Assembly (NCBI GenBank): GCA_964389125.1
Contig: CAYMDX010000005.1
Coordinates: forward strand, 1 to 42,682
Length of the DNA stretch: 42,682 nt
DNA from: an uncultured Bacteroidales bacterium
GTDB taxonomy: Bacteria; Bacteroidota; Bacteroidia; Bacteroidales; UBA7960
Direction of reading: 5' to 3'
Shown here: piece after piece, positions 17,815 to 27,934 of the stretch
Position numbering within the stretch: the first letter of the stretch is position 1
Layout of the letters: every line of letters starts with the position of its first letter
Translations under genes and position numbers: made by a program
Notes under the pieces: generated by a model
Told to the model about the DNA's origin: nothing
Databases searched by the model: none
Seen by the model: the letters and a program-made list of their open reading frames with translations, nothing else

Positions 17815-18894
17815 TTAATTTCTGTTAGCGGCATTCAGGTCTTCAAAGGCCTGCGTCAGTCTGTCGCGCATGCTTTCTTCGCCTTTCCGCAACCAGGCCC
17901 GCGGATCGTAGTATTTCTTGTTGGGCTTGGTCTCCCCTTCCGGGTTTCCAATCTGATCCTGCAGATAATCTTTATGATCGTGGTAGTAACCTTTCACCCC
18001 ATTCCAGAATGCCCACTGTGTGTCCGTGTCGATGTTCATCTTGATCACACCATATGAAATGGCCTCACGGATATCTTCCTGGCTCGATCCACTGCCGCCG
18101 TGAAACACAAAATTAACCGGGTTGGTGCCTGTGCCAAGATTTTCCTGGATGTAGGCCTGGGAGTTTTTTAGGATGACCGGCTGCAGCTTTACATTGCCGG
18201 GCTTGTAAACGCCATGTACATTGCCAAAAGCAGCAGCGATGGTAAAGTTGGGAGAGACTTCCGAGAGCGCTTTATACATGTCGGCCACCTCTTCGGGCTG
18301 TGTGTACAATTTTGAGCTGTCGATGTCGGTATGATCCACGCCGTCTTCCTCACCGCCGGTAACGCCCAGCTCCACCTCAAGACCTATGCCCATCCTGCTC
18401 ATCCGCTCAAAGTAGCGCCTGCTGATGGCGATGTTATCCTCCAGGCTTTCTTCAGAAAGGTCAAGCATGTGGGAGCTGAACAGGGGAGACCCGGTGGCCT
18501 CAAAATGTTCTTCGTTTGCTTCCATTAGGCCATCAATCCACGGAAGCAGCTTTTTTGCGGCATGATCGGTATGCAAGATAACCCGGGCACCGTAAGCTTT
18601 AGCCATCACATGGATGTGCCGGGCGCCTGCCACTGCACCAGCCACCGCAGCAGCATGGTTGTCGTTCGGAAGGGCTTTCCCCGCGAAAAAGCGGGCACCC
18701 CCGTTAGAAAACTGAATGATTACCGGGGAGTTTATCTCCACGGCAGCCTCTAAAACGGCGTTAATCGAGTTGGTGCCGACAATATTTACCGCAGGCAGGG
18801 CAAACTGATGTTCCTGCGCTATACGGTAAACCTCGCGCACATGTTTACCGGTCAATACACCGGGTTCAATATGGTCCATTAATCTCTTTGTCAT
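17815..18894 (-). CDS. fbaA: Class II fructose-1,6-bisphosphate aldolase, 359 aa
   Basis: Strong family resemblance: ...VILHTDHA..., ...FSSHMLDLSEE..., ...LEVELG.TGGEEDGV..., ...GNVHGVYKPGNV.L.P..L... It is the same length as E. coli FbaA. Confidence 0.92.
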   Translation of the reverse strand: MTKRLMDHIEPGVLTGKHVREVYRIAQEHQFALPAVNIVGTNSINAVLEAAVEINSPVIIQFSNGGARFFAGKALPNDNHAAAVAGAVAGARHIHVMAKAYGARVILHTDHAAKKLLPWIDGLMEANEEHFEATGSPLFSSHMLDLSEESLEDNIAISRRYFERMSRMGIGLEVELGVTGGEEDGVDHTDIDSSKLYTQPEEVADMYKALSEVSPNFTIAAAFGNVHGVYKPGNVKLQPVILKNSQAYIQENLGTGTNPVNFVFHGGSGSSQEDIREAISYGVIKMNIDTDTQWAFWNGVKGYYHDHKDYLQDQIGNPEGETKPNKKYYDPRAWLRKGEESMRDRLTQAFEDLNAANRN

Positions 18895-18936
18895 ATCTTT
18901 TCTAAGTTTGAATTTCTATCTTCGTGAACAAGCTGT

Positions 18937-18944
18937 CAAAATTA
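18937..18944 (-). promoter_or_regulatory. -7-type promoter motif candidate (TAATTTTG) for fba
   Basis: Exact TAnnTTTG on the minus strand, about 43 nt upstream of the ATG at 18894. Confidence 0.4.
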
Positions 18945-19042
18945 AGAAATAAATACATATTTTTGCATTTTTAGTGGCAGATAATACGATTCAGGCTGCC
19001 ATAACCAGCTAAACTTTTAGGAAATAACCGAATATATTTGTT

Positions 19043-20167
19043 TTGAAAATTGCCGTAAACACCCGGTTGTTATTGCCCGGAAAGCTCGAGGGGATAGGTT
19101 GGTTTACTTATCACAGCTTTAAACGGATTGTTGAGAAGCACCCGGATGTTACTTTCTATTTTTTGTTTGATCGTCCCTTTAGCCGGGAATTTCGCTTCGC
19201 CGATAACGTAGAGGCTGTCAAGCTGTTTCCGCAGGCAAGGCACCCCGTTCTGTATTACCTGTATTTCGAATTCGCGGTATCCCGTTTCCTCAAAAGAAAA
19301 AATGCCGACATCTTTGTTTCTCCCGACGGCTTTTTGTCGGGCAGGTTTCAAGGTCCGCAGTTGCCGGTTTTTCATGACCTCAATTTCATGCACAACCCTG
19401 ATTTTGTGCCTTACCTGACAGGAAAATATTATACGCACTTTTTCCCGAAATATGCTTCTATGGCAACTCGCATCGCCACTGTTTCGGAATATTCCAAAGA
19501 TGATATCGCCCGTACATTTCAGTATCCGAGAGAACGTATTGATGTCGTATACAATGGTGTTCATGATATCTTCGGACCGATAGACTTGACAACCGCGACG
19601 GACGTTCGACGTAAATTTACGAACGGATGCCCCTACTTTGTATACATAGGAGCCCTTCACAAGCGAAAAAATATAGACCGGATGCTTCAGGCTTTTGATG
19701 CATTCAGGTCCGCCGATCCGTATAACCACAAGCTGGTGATCGTGGGTGCACCTATGTTTGGTTCTGCCGAGCTCAGGCAGGTTTTCCAGTCAATGCGATA
19801 CCGGGATGATGTTATTCTGGCGGGCCGTCAGTATGAGGAAAGCCTGCAAAAACTGGTAGCAGCCGCTTCCGCACTGATGCTGGTGTCGCACTTTGAAGGT
19901 TTCGGCATACCGATCATCGAGGCCATGCAGTGCGATGTGCCGGTTATTGCCTCCAATGTAACAAGTATGCCGGAAGTTGCCGGAGATGCTGCCTTACTTG
20001 TGGATCCCTCCTCCGTTGAGCAGATCACGGATGCCATGCGGCATATAACCCGGGATGAAAAGCTTCGGGAAACCTTGATCGAAAAAGGACGCAAACAAAA
20101 ACAAAAGTTCTCCTGGGAAAAAACCGCCGACCGTTTGTGGAACAGCATAGAGAAATGCCTGCGGTAA
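19043..20167 (+). CDS. Family 4 (GT-B, group 1) glycosyltransferase, 374 aa, probable TTG start
   Basis: The C-terminal half has the GT4 pattern (...LVIVG......L.......D.V...G......L..L...A..L...S..EGFG.P..EAM.C..PVI.S...S.PEV.GDAA..VDP). The N-terminus (M)KIAVNTRLL is typical. There is no in-frame ATG near the start. Confidence 0.8.
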   Translation: MKIAVNTRLLLPGKLEGIGWFTYHSFKRIVEKHPDVTFYFLFDRPFSREFRFADNVEAVKLFPQARHPVLYYLYFEFAVSRFLKRKNADIFVSPDGFLSGRFQGPQLPVFHDLNFMHNPDFVPYLTGKYYTHFFPKYASMATRIATVSEYSKDDIARTFQYPRERIDVVYNGVHDIFGPIDLTTATDVRRKFTNGCPYFVYIGALHKRKNIDRMLQAFDAFRSADPYNHKLVIVGAPMFGSAELRQVFQSMRYRDDVILAGRQYEESLQKLVAAASALMLVSHFEGFGIPIIEAMQCDVPVIASNVTSMPEVAGDAALLVDPSSVEQITDAMRHITRDEKLRETLIEKGRKQKQKFSWEKTADRLWNSIEKCLR

Positions 20168-20190
20168 GGCTTGCTTTCAAAAATTGATTG

Positions 20191-20198
20191 TATTTTTG
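20191..20198 (+). promoter_or_regulatory. -7-type promoter motif candidate (TATTTTTG) for asnS
   Basis: Exact TAnnTTTG 89 nt upstream of the ATG at 20287. Confidence 0.3.
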
Positions 20199-20286
20199 TG
20201 TGATCAACTTCGCGTCATGATAAGCAGACGCATAACCAGCAAACATGCAGATGTTTGCTTTTGTACTAATGGTAAATAATAGAAAC

Positions 20287-21696
20287 ATGATTTCATTAAA
20301 ACGGCACAGGATCGCTGACCTGCTGAAAGAGGATGTCGGACATCTCCTTGACAAAGAGATTAATGTAAAAGGTTGGGTCAGGACCAGGCGGGGTAATAAG
20401 AATGTCGCTTTTATAGCACTCAATGATGGTTCCATCATCCATCACATCCAGGTAGTGGTTGATGTACAATCTTTTCAAAATGATGCATTGTTGCGTAATA
20501 TCACCACCGGTTCTTGCATATCGGTAAACGGCAAACTTGTTGAATCACAAGGCAAGGGTCAGGCCGTGGAGATACAGGCTTCTGAGATTCAACTTTATGG
20601 AAGCGCCGACCCCGATAAGTATCCGTTGCAAAAGAAGGGGCACAGCCTTGAGTTCTTACGGGAGATTGCCCACCTGAGGCCGCGTACCAATACGTTTGGC
20701 GCCATATTTCGTCTCCGGCATGCCATGGCGTTTGCCATCAATAAATTTTTCAACGATAACGGATTCTATTACCTGCATACACCCATCATTACCGGCTCTG
20801 ATGCAGAAGGTGCCGGTGCCATGTTTCGCGTCACCACCCTCGACCTGACAAATGTACCGCTCACAGCAGATGGGAAGGTCGACTTTAGTAAAGACTTTTT
20901 TGGGAAGGAAACAAACCTCACGGTATCCGGACAGCTTGAAGGAGAACTTGGTGCACTGGCTTTGTCCAACATATATACCTTTGGCCCCACCTTCAGGGCT
21001 GAAAATTCCAATACCTCCAGACATCTCTCCGAGTTTTGGATGGTCGAACCTGAAATGGCCTTTTATGATATCCATGACAACATGGATCTGGCCGAAGTAT
21101 TCCTCAAATATATATGCAGGTATCTGCTGGAACACTGCGAAGATGATCTGGCCTTCCTGCAGGAGATGTATGACAAAGAACTCATGGACCGGCTTCACTT
21201 TGTTGTAGATAATCAGTTTGAACGCCTGACCTACTCCGATGCCGTTGAGATACTGGAAACATCCGGTCAGACTTTTGAATATCCGGTAAAGTGGGGGGTA
21301 GACCTGCAGTCGGAGCATGAACGCTACCTGGTGGAACAGGAGTTTAAGAAGCCGGTAATCCTGACCAATTATCCCAAAGACATTAAAGCTTTCTATATGA
21401 AGCAGAATGATGATGACAAGACTGTGAGGGCCATGGATGTTTTGTTTCCCAAGATTGGAGAGATCATTGGCGGCTCGCAGCGGGAGGATGATTATGATAA
21501 GCTTTTTGCCAGGATCAAAGAATTGGGCATATACGAGGAGGATGTATGGTGGTATCTTGAAACCCGGCAGTTTGGAACCGCTCCCCATAGTGGTTTTGGC
21601 CTTGGCTTTGAGCGGCTCATGCTTTTTGCTACAGGAATGGGGAATATCCGCGATGTGATCCCGTTTCCCCGCACACCCCAGAATGCTGAATTTTAA
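20287..21696 (+). CDS. asnS: Asparagine--tRNA ligase, 469 aa from [13 protein letters not shown]
   Basis: N-terminal OB anticodon-binding domain ([11 protein letters not shown]...FI.LNDGS) and class IIb motifs ([32 protein letters not shown]). The earlier ATG at 20245 lies inside a leader hairpin and adds non-homologous residues. Confidence 0.92.
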   Translation: MISLKRHRIADLLKEDVGHLLDKEINVKGWVRTRRGNKNVAFIALNDGSIIHHIQVVVDVQSFQNDALLRNITTGSCISVNGKLVESQGKGQAVEIQASEIQLYGSADPDKYPLQKKGHSLEFLREIAHLRPRTNTFGAIFRLRHAMAFAINKFFNDNGFYYLHTPIITGSDAEGAGAMFRVTTLDLTNVPLTADGKVDFSKDFFGKETNLTVSGQLEGELGALALSNIYTFGPTFRAENSNTSRHLSEFWMVEPEMAFYDIHDNMDLAEVFLKYICRYLLEHCEDDLAFLQEMYDKELMDRLHFVVDNQFERLTYSDAVEILETSGQTFEYPVKWGVDLQSEHERYLVEQEFKKPVILTNYPKDIKAFYMKQNDDDKTVRAMDVLFPKIGEIIGGSQREDDYDKLFARIKELGIYEEDVWWYLETRQFGTAPHSGFGLGFERLMLFATGMGNIRDVIPFPRTPQNAEF

Positions 21697-21725
21697 TATG
21701 GCTGTTATTTGTCATAGTTTTTTGT

Positions 21726-21733
21726 TAAATTTG
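21726..21733 (+). promoter_or_regulatory. -7-type promoter motif candidate (TAAATTTG) for rpoN
   Basis: Exact TAnnTTTG 71 nt upstream of the ATG at 21804. It lies inside the same 16-nt block seen upstream of proS. Confidence 0.4.
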
Positions 21734-21803
21734 ATTTGGCTTGAAAATGGTTTGAAAAACAGACTTTTCCGGCTAATCATAACATGTAAATCCAACTATT
21801 ATC

Positions 21804-23297
21804 ATGCTTAAACAGCAGCTACAACAGAAGCTTCTGCAAAAGTTATCACCTCAGCAAATACAGCTGATGAAGCTGTTGCAGGTGCCTGCGCTTCTGCTTG
21901 ATCAGCGAATTAAGCAAGAAATTGAGGAAAATCCGGCCCTGGAAGAAGGCGAGGAGTTGACGGAAGAAGCTGAGCTTGAAACTGAGGATTACGAAGAAGA
22001 AAGTGTCATGGAGACCGGTGAAGAATCCGAGTCTGATGATTATGAATCAACAGCGGAGGATGAGTTTGACCTTAATGATTATGTTGACGATGATGAAACC
22101 CCCGATTATCAGCTGACCGCCAACAATGTTTCACCGGATGATGAAACCAAAGAGATGCCCTATGTCTCCGGAGCAAGCTCACAGGAGGCATTGATGACGC
22201 AACTCGGCATGCGTGACCTTTCCGACCGCGATTACCTGATCGCTTCCCACATCATCGGCAACATTGATGAATCCGGATATCTGCAACGCGACATCCATTC
22301 GCTGGTTGATGATCTGGCATTTAACCATAATATCAAAACCGACTTTACTGAAGTTGTTGGGCTTTTACGGCTTATACAGGAATTTGACCCGGCAGGCGTG
22401 GGCGCCAGGGACCTCCAGGAGTGCCTTCTGCTGCAAATCAAGCGAAGGGAGCCAAAGACAAAGGCGGTGGAACATGCAAAACTGATATTGGATAAAAATT
22501 TTAATGATTTTACAAAAAAGCATTACGAAAAGATTAAAAAGAAGCATGGCCTGACCGAAGAAGAACTGAAGGAGGCCATCAATGAGATCCTGAACTTAAA
22601 CCCCAAGCCGGGAAACTCTCTTCAGGACGCCGGTAAGGGTTCCCAGTACGTGGTTCCGGACTTTATCATTACCCATAATAATGGCGATCTCGAACTGAAT
22701 CTCAACGCCTACAACGCACCCGACCTGCATATTAACCGCACCTACGCAGAGATGTTTAAGGAGATGGCCAAATCGAAAGGCAAAGGAGACAAACGACAGA
22801 AAGAAGCCCTCCAGTTTGTGAAGCAAAAGCTCGATAACGCGAAATGGTTTATCGATGCCATCAAACAGCGCCAACAAACCCTGCTGATGACCATGCAGGC
22901 CATCATGGAGATGCAACGGGAATATTTCCTGACCGGGGATGAGACACAACTCAAACCCATGATCCTTAAAGATGTCGCTGAAATGGTGAGCCTTGACATA
23001 TCAACCATATCAAGAGTTGCCAGCAGCAAATACGTCCAAACCCCTTTTGGTACATTTTTGCTCAAAGACTTTTTCTCTGAATCATTACAAACCGATACAG
23101 GGGAAGAGGTTTCAACACGTGAGGTAAAAAAGATCCTTCATGACTGTATAGATGGCGAAGACAAGAAAAAACCCATCACAGATGAGGAACTGGCCGGCAT
23201 TTTGAAAGAAAAGGGATATAACATCGCCCGCAGAACGGTGGCCAAATACCGCGAACAACTGGATATACCGGTCGCAAGGCTACGAAAGGAACTGTAA
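21804..23297 (+). CDS. rpoN: RNA polymerase sigma-54 factor, 497 aa
   Basis: Gln/Leu-rich region I (MLKQQLQQKLLQKLSPQQIQLMKLLQ), acidic region II, a core-binding domain, and the C-terminal RpoN box (ARRTVAKYRE). Confidence 0.93.
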   Translation: MLKQQLQQKLLQKLSPQQIQLMKLLQVPALLLDQRIKQEIEENPALEEGEELTEEAELETEDYEEESVMETGEESESDDYESTAEDEFDLNDYVDDDETPDYQLTANNVSPDDETKEMPYVSGASSQEALMTQLGMRDLSDRDYLIASHIIGNIDESGYLQRDIHSLVDDLAFNHNIKTDFTEVVGLLRLIQEFDPAGVGARDLQECLLLQIKRREPKTKAVEHAKLILDKNFNDFTKKHYEKIKKKHGLTEEELKEAINEILNLNPKPGNSLQDAGKGSQYVVPDFIITHNNGDLELNLNAYNAPDLHINRTYAEMFKEMAKSKGKGDKRQKEALQFVKQKLDNAKWFIDAIKQRQQTLLMTMQAIMEMQREYFLTGDETQLKPMILKDVAEMVSLDISTISRVASSKYVQTPFGTFLLKDFFSESLQTDTGEEVSTREVKKILHDCIDGEDKKKPITDEELAGILKEKGYNIARRTVAKYREQLDIPVARLRKEL

Positions 23298-23301
23298 ATT
23301 T

Positions 23302-23925
23302 ATGAAGCCGGCAGATACGATTGCACGTCTATTTTCCATAGTGCTCCACCCACTGCTCATTCCTACACTGGGAATATTTATCCTCTTTCAGCTCAACACC
23401 TACCTGTCTTTCTCTGTTACTGCAGAGGCCAGGCGTTTCATTTTACTCGTTATTTTTATTAACACGGCTATAATTCCTGTATTGTCCGTTCTTATTTTGA
23501 GACAGACCAGGGTTATCAAAGATTTGACCCTGGCCGAACGTCATGAACGCATTCTTCCACTGCTGATCGCCACGGTCATGTTATTTTTGACGTTCTACCT
23601 GTTACGGCAGATCACGCTGCCCACGCTGATCTATTATTATGTGACAGGTGCAGCGCTGCTGGTACTCTTATCACTGCTGATAACCTTTTACTGGAAAATC
23701 AGTGTGCACATGATGTCATTGGGTGGATTAACAGGTTTCCTGATTGTCGTATCCCTGCTCCTACGTGCAGATATCTCTTATTTGATTATCGCCGCCTTCC
23801 TGGTTTCCGGCATAACAGCCGCCGCCCGTATTCAACTGCAGTCACATACCCCGGCGCAGGTGTATACAGGATACCTGCTTGGCGTCTTCATTATGCTGAT
23901 GCTGTTTGTGTATCTTCGTGTTTAA
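23302..23925 (+). CDS. Polytopic membrane protein, PAP2-superfamily-like, 207 aa
   Basis: About 6 predicted TM helices. Degenerate PAP2-like motifs (SVHMMSLGG resembling PSGH; AARIQLQSHTPAQVYTG resembling SR-x5-H-x3-D). Its stop codon overlaps the stop of the convergent gene (TTAA at 23922-23925). Confidence 0.45.
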   Translation: MKPADTIARLFSIVLHPLLIPTLGIFILFQLNTYLSFSVTAEARRFILLVIFINTAIIPVLSVLILRQTRVIKDLTLAERHERILPLLIATVMLFLTFYLLRQITLPTLIYYYVTGAALLVLLSLLITFYWKISVHMMSLGGLTGFLIVVSLLLRADISYLIIAAFLVSGITAAARIQLQSHTPAQVYTGYLLGVFIMLMLFVYLRV

Positions 23926-24638
23926 AACACAATCACCGATAAACCCAGTGAGATGGGAAGCATCTCCTCTACCGAGTTATCCTTAAACATGTTATTCAGT
24001 GGATAGTACATCTGGAAGTTAACCCTGCCATAACCAATCATGGCGGTGAGGCTGATGTGCCAATCATATAGGTTATTCAAATCATGCTCTTTGAACTTTC
24101 TTGTTCTGGTGCCCCAAAGTAAATCCAACTCTCCATCACAGATGGTGTCAAAATTAGGATACCTCATTTCACCATCATATTTCGTGTGTGCATTGATGAG
24201 ATAGCCCACCTTGATGCCTGCATAAAGACGAAATGTGTTATTCAATTCACGTGAACGGAAACGAATCTGTACGGGGACATTCAGGTAGTTCAGACTGAGC
24301 TTGTTTTTGTCATAGTCCGCGGTGATTGGGAAGAAATCATATTGTTCATTAGCTGGATCAAAGAGATAAAAGTGGTCACTGTAGAGGTTGTGGCTTGTAA
24401 ATCCGAGTCCGGCGGCTATGCTAAAATTGCTGCGGCCCAATGACATATCTTGTAGCAAACTGATATTGACCCCCCTTTGTATGGTTCTCAGGTCCATGTT
24501 ATCAGGGCTGTTTTGCCACAGGTCGGTGAAAGGTGTTACGATGAAACGGTCTGTGGGGTGCATCCTGGGTGGCTCAAAGGCCTGCAGGGAAGTGGTCACC
24601 AGTAGAAAAACAGTCAAGAACAGGATGTTGCGCTTCAT
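23922..24638 (-). CDS. Small outer-membrane beta-barrel protein, 238 aa
   Basis: Signal peptide MKRNILFLTVFLLVTTSLQA, alternating amphipathic strands, and a C-terminal strand ending ...GLSVIVF (terminal Phe). Confidence 0.6.
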   Translation of the reverse strand: MKRNILFLTVFLLVTTSLQAFEPPRMHPTDRFIVTPFTDLWQNSPDNMDLRTIQRGVNISLLQDMSLGRSNFSIAAGLGFTSHNLYSDHFYLFDPANEQYDFFPITADYDKNKLSLNYLNVPVQIRFRSRELNNTFRLYAGIKVGYLINAHTKYDGEMRYPNFDTICDGELDLLWGTRTRKFKEHDLNNLYDWHISLTAMIGYGRVNFQMYYPLNNMFKDNSVEEMLPISLGLSVIVF

Positions 24639-24676
24639 ACTTGGTATTATATTGATGGTAAATGATATATGTAAAG

Positions 24677-25624
24677 TTATGAAAAATCCATATACTTCTC
24701 AAAAGAAGTCCAGTAAGGTATGGACAATCTTTCTTTTTTCCCGGCTTGCAGCACGTTGTAATATTGTTTCTTTTTTTCTTCGGTGCCGTGTTTCATGTGG
24801 GCGTCAAGTGCAGCCTGAACTTCAGGTGTAAAGGTGCGTTTTACCAGCCACGTAATGACAAACAGTGGCAAAAAAGAAAGGTTAAAGGGAAACTGTGGTG
24901 CCGGTTTAACACCTCTTTTCCGGAGAACCCGCAGCCCTTCTCTGAAAGCACACAAGTATTGCTTAACCAGGAGGTTGTTTTTCACAAACAGGCCAGCCCC
25001 GCCTGCTTTACTGATAAGCCCGGGAAGGATTGCATGATGCAGAAAGCAAACAGGCAACAATTGCTTCATGCTACTGCTTATTTTGGGCCTAAGGTCTGCT
25101 GATGCCAGCAAGTCCGCCAGCTTGTTCAGTCGCTCCGTTTTTTTACCGTCAGGTTCACCCAGGTAGGTGTGTTTGTGTCGGAAGAGATACGTGTTGATGC
25201 TGTTGCCGGTATAACCCCCGGCGACCATCTCTGGGTAAGCAAGCAGATAACGCCCTTTTGGGAAGTGTTTCTCTATCATATCGTACTCATCCCATAAGTT
25301 GCCAAGGAAAACAATGTGGGCATTGCCTGAATATTTCGACAGGTAGGGAATGGCATCATTCCACTGGTTGCTGCGGAGGGTAACCAGGATGAAGTCGAAC
25401 TGATCTTCTTGGGTTAAGCGATCAATAACCTCAGGCCGAAATACGGTGTGTCCGTAGTCCTTTTGCCCTTTGCGGGTGTCGGTATACGTAATCGGAACAC
25501 CCGAATGTTCGTATCTTACTTTCCGTTGTTTGCGCACCAGCAAGCTTACATCTGCTCCCGCCTCGTGCAGCTGCCATGCGTAAGTAGTGCCTATCAGACC
25601 GGCACCGAATACCAGTACCTTCAT
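24677..25624 (-). CDS. Ketopantoate reductase (ApbA/PanE)-family NAD(P)-dependent oxidoreductase, 315 aa
   Basis: N-terminal Rossmann motif MKVLVFGAGLIGTTYAWQLHEAGADVSLLVR. Length and layout fit the ApbA family. The substrate is not inferable. Confidence 0.55.
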   Translation of the reverse strand: MKVLVFGAGLIGTTYAWQLHEAGADVSLLVRKQRKVRYEHSGVPITYTDTRKGQKDYGHTVFRPEVIDRLTQEDQFDFILVTLRSNQWNDAIPYLSKYSGNAHIVFLGNLWDEYDMIEKHFPKGRYLLAYPEMVAGGYTGNSINTYLFRHKHTYLGEPDGKKTERLNKLADLLASADLRPKISSSMKQLLPVCFLHHAILPGLISKAGGAGLFVKNNLLVKQYLCAFREGLRVLRKRGVKPAPQFPFNLSFLPLFVITWLVKRTFTPEVQAALDAHMKHGTEEKKKQYYNVLQAGKKERLSIPYWTSFEKYMDFS

Positions 25625-25749
25625 TTGTGTTTGTATTTTATCGAAAGTCTAAATGTCAAAAATAATAACAGTTACGCATTTTTTGCATTATTTTTATACA
25701 TTGTTAAAAATAGTTGACTATAAAAAGGCCGGTTTATAAAGCCAGTGCA

Positions 25750-27858
25750 ATGCAAAAGTCGGATTACCTGGACACGCCGATAGAGTTTTTGAAGGGGGTC
25801 GGACCCAAACGGGCTGATTTGCTTAAAAGTGAGCTGGAGATATTTACGTTCAATGACCTGCTCACACTGTTTCCCTTCCGGTATATTGACCGAAGCCGGT
25901 TTCATCAAATAAGGGAAATAACGGATGATTTGCCATATGTTCAGATAAGGGGCAAGATTTCCGGTGTGGAGTTGCATGGCCACCGGCGTACCACCAGGAT
26001 GACAGCCTTTTTAAGTGATGGTACCGGAATTGTTGAGCTGGTGTGGTTCAGGGGGTTTCAGTGGCTGAAGGACCGTTTTAAACCGGGGGTGGAGTATATT
26101 GTGTTCGGAAAGCCGCAGATATTTGGCGGGCGCTATAATATTGCACATCCGGAAGTGGAACCGGTCACACCGGGTGCGATCAATCAACAATCAACCATGC
26201 AACCTGTGTACCCATCTACGGAGAAATTGCGCTCCAGGGGGTTGGATAGCAAGGGTATCGGAAAGCTATTGAAGACATTATTGCCTCAGGCCCGCCCCCA
26301 TATCCGGGAAACACTTCCGACACATTTACTGGAACCGTTGCGGTTATTGCCGCGCGATGAAACGCTGACAAACATCCACTTCCCGGAAGATCCGGAAACG
26401 TTAAAAAAGGCAGTAGCCAGGCTAAAGTTTGAAGAGCTGTTCTATATACAGCTTAATCTGCTACGCCATAAACTTTTGCGCACAGAGCAGACACCGGGAC
26501 ACATATTTTCTGAGATCGGCAGCTACTTCAATGATTTTTATCACAAAGGGCTTTCCTTTTCACTTACCGGAGCCCAGAAGCGGGTGCTTCGGGAAATCCG
26601 CAACGATACCTTGTCCGGGAAGCAAATGAACCGGTTGTTGCAGGGAGATGTGGGTAGTGGTAAAACCATTGTGGCCGTCATGAGCATGCTCATGGCCCTC
26701 GATAATGGCTGTCAGGCATGTCTGATGGCGCCGACGGAAGTGCTGGCTTTCCAGCATTATGAGTCCATCAGTGCCATGCTGCAGGATTTTGGTATTCACG
26801 TCGGTATATTGACCGGATCCACCAAAGCAGGGGAACGCAAGAAGATCCTGCAGAACCTTCAAACCGGGAACCTAAAGATATTAATCGGCACCCATGCCCT
26901 GATAGAAGATGAGGTTTCCTTTGACAAGCCGGGCATGGTGATCGTTGATGAGCAGCACCGTTTTGGGGTTGCTCAGCGGGCGCGGTTGTGGTCGAAAGGT
27001 GAGGTGCCACCACATGTCCTGGTCATGACGGCCACCCCCATCCCCCGCACACTGGCCATGACATTGTATGGGGACCTCGACGTTTCCGTAATAGATGAAT
27101 TACCACCCGGTCGAAAGCCCATCAAAACGGTTCATCAGACCGACAGAAACCGCCTGAAAGTGTTTGGTTTTATGCGTGAGCAGATCAAAAAAGGGCGGCA
27201 GATATATGTGGTATATCCGCTGATAAAAGAATCCGAAAAACTGGATCTAAAGGATTTGAATGATGGCTATGAAAGCATTATCAGGGAGTTTCCGCCGCCC
27301 CGCTATGCTGTTAGCATTGTTCACGGACAAATGAAACCCGGTGATAAAGAATATGAGATGCAGCGGTTTGTCAGTGGCCAGACACAGATCATGGTTGCCA
27401 CTACCGTGATTGAAGTGGGTATTGATGTGTCTAATGCGTCTGTGATGATCATCGAGAGTGCCGAACGTTTTGGTCTGTCGCAGCTTCATCAGCTCAGGGG
27501 GCGGGTTGGGCGTGGTGCCGAGCAGTCGTTCTGCATCCTGATGACAAAAGAAGATCTGGGGAATGATGCCCGCAAGCGCATGAAGGTAATGGTGGCCACC
27601 AATGATGGTTTCCGGATTGCCGAACAGGACCTGGAACTTCGTGGTCCCGGCGATATCCAGGGTACCCAGCAAAGTGGTATTTTAGACCTTAAAATGGCGG
27701 ATCTTGCCAAAGATGAGGGGATTCTGAAGTATGCCAGAAATCAGGCCCGGCAGTTACTCGAGGATGATCCGGATATCAGTAAGCCCGAAAACCAGATTAT
27801 ACGCCGACGGATAAAAGAACTGTACAGCGATCAGCTTTTCTGGAGCAAAATCAGCTGA
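25750..27858 (+). CDS. recG: ATP-dependent DNA helicase RecG, 702 aa from MQKSDYLDTPIEFLKGVG
   Basis: Wedge/OB domain and SF2 helicase motifs (GDVGSGKT, DEQHRFG, MTATPIPRT, GRVGRG). The track start at 25714 is a TTG 12 codons upstream. Confidence 0.92.
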   Translation: MQKSDYLDTPIEFLKGVGPKRADLLKSELEIFTFNDLLTLFPFRYIDRSRFHQIREITDDLPYVQIRGKISGVELHGHRRTTRMTAFLSDGTGIVELVWFRGFQWLKDRFKPGVEYIVFGKPQIFGGRYNIAHPEVEPVTPGAINQQSTMQPVYPSTEKLRSRGLDSKGIGKLLKTLLPQARPHIRETLPTHLLEPLRLLPRDETLTNIHFPEDPETLKKAVARLKFEELFYIQLNLLRHKLLRTEQTPGHIFSEIGSYFNDFYHKGLSFSLTGAQKRVLREIRNDTLSGKQMNRLLQGDVGSGKTIVAVMSMLMALDNGCQACLMAPTEVLAFQHYESISAMLQDFGIHVGILTGSTKAGERKKILQNLQTGNLKILIGTHALIEDEVSFDKPGMVIVDEQHRFGVAQRARLWSKGEVPPHVLVMTATPIPRTLAMTLYGDLDVSVIDELPPGRKPIKTVHQTDRNRLKVFGFMREQIKKGRQIYVVYPLIKESEKLDLKDLNDGYESIIREFPPPRYAVSIVHGQMKPGDKEYEMQRFVSGQTQIMVATTVIEVGIDVSNASVMIIESAERFGLSQLHQLRGRVGRGAEQSFCILMTKEDLGNDARKRMKVMVATNDGFRIAEQDLELRGPGDIQGTQQSGILDLKMADLAKDEGILKYARNQARQLLEDDPDISKPENQIIRRRIKELYSDQLFWSKIS

Positions 27859-27874
27859 GGAGTTATGAGCATAA

Positions 27875-27915
27875 AAAAAGCCGCCTGCGCATGATTGATA
27901 CGTAAGCGGCTTTTT
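27875..27915. terminator. Bidirectional intrinsic terminator between recG and tonB
   Basis: AAAAAGCCGC (27875-27884) / GCGGCTTTTT (27906-27915), with partial extension of the stem into the loop. A- and T-runs flank both sides. Confidence 0.6.
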
Positions 27916-27934
27916 ATGGGATATAAAATAGTAT

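Noticed and set aside
19070-19729. 219-aa - strand ORF; likewise 37484..38002 (+) and 41878..42399 (-)
   Set aside because: All three are antisense to well-supported genes (GT4 glycosyltransferase, response regulator, rplY). None has a recognisable domain.
20656-21588. 310-aa ORF on the - strand
   Set aside because: It is antisense to asnS, has no recognisable motifs, and is a shadow ORF.
23922-23925. Convergent genes share overlapping stop codons (TTAA)
   Set aside because: The overlap is real but trivial. It is a 4-nt overlap of stops with no evident regulatory meaning.
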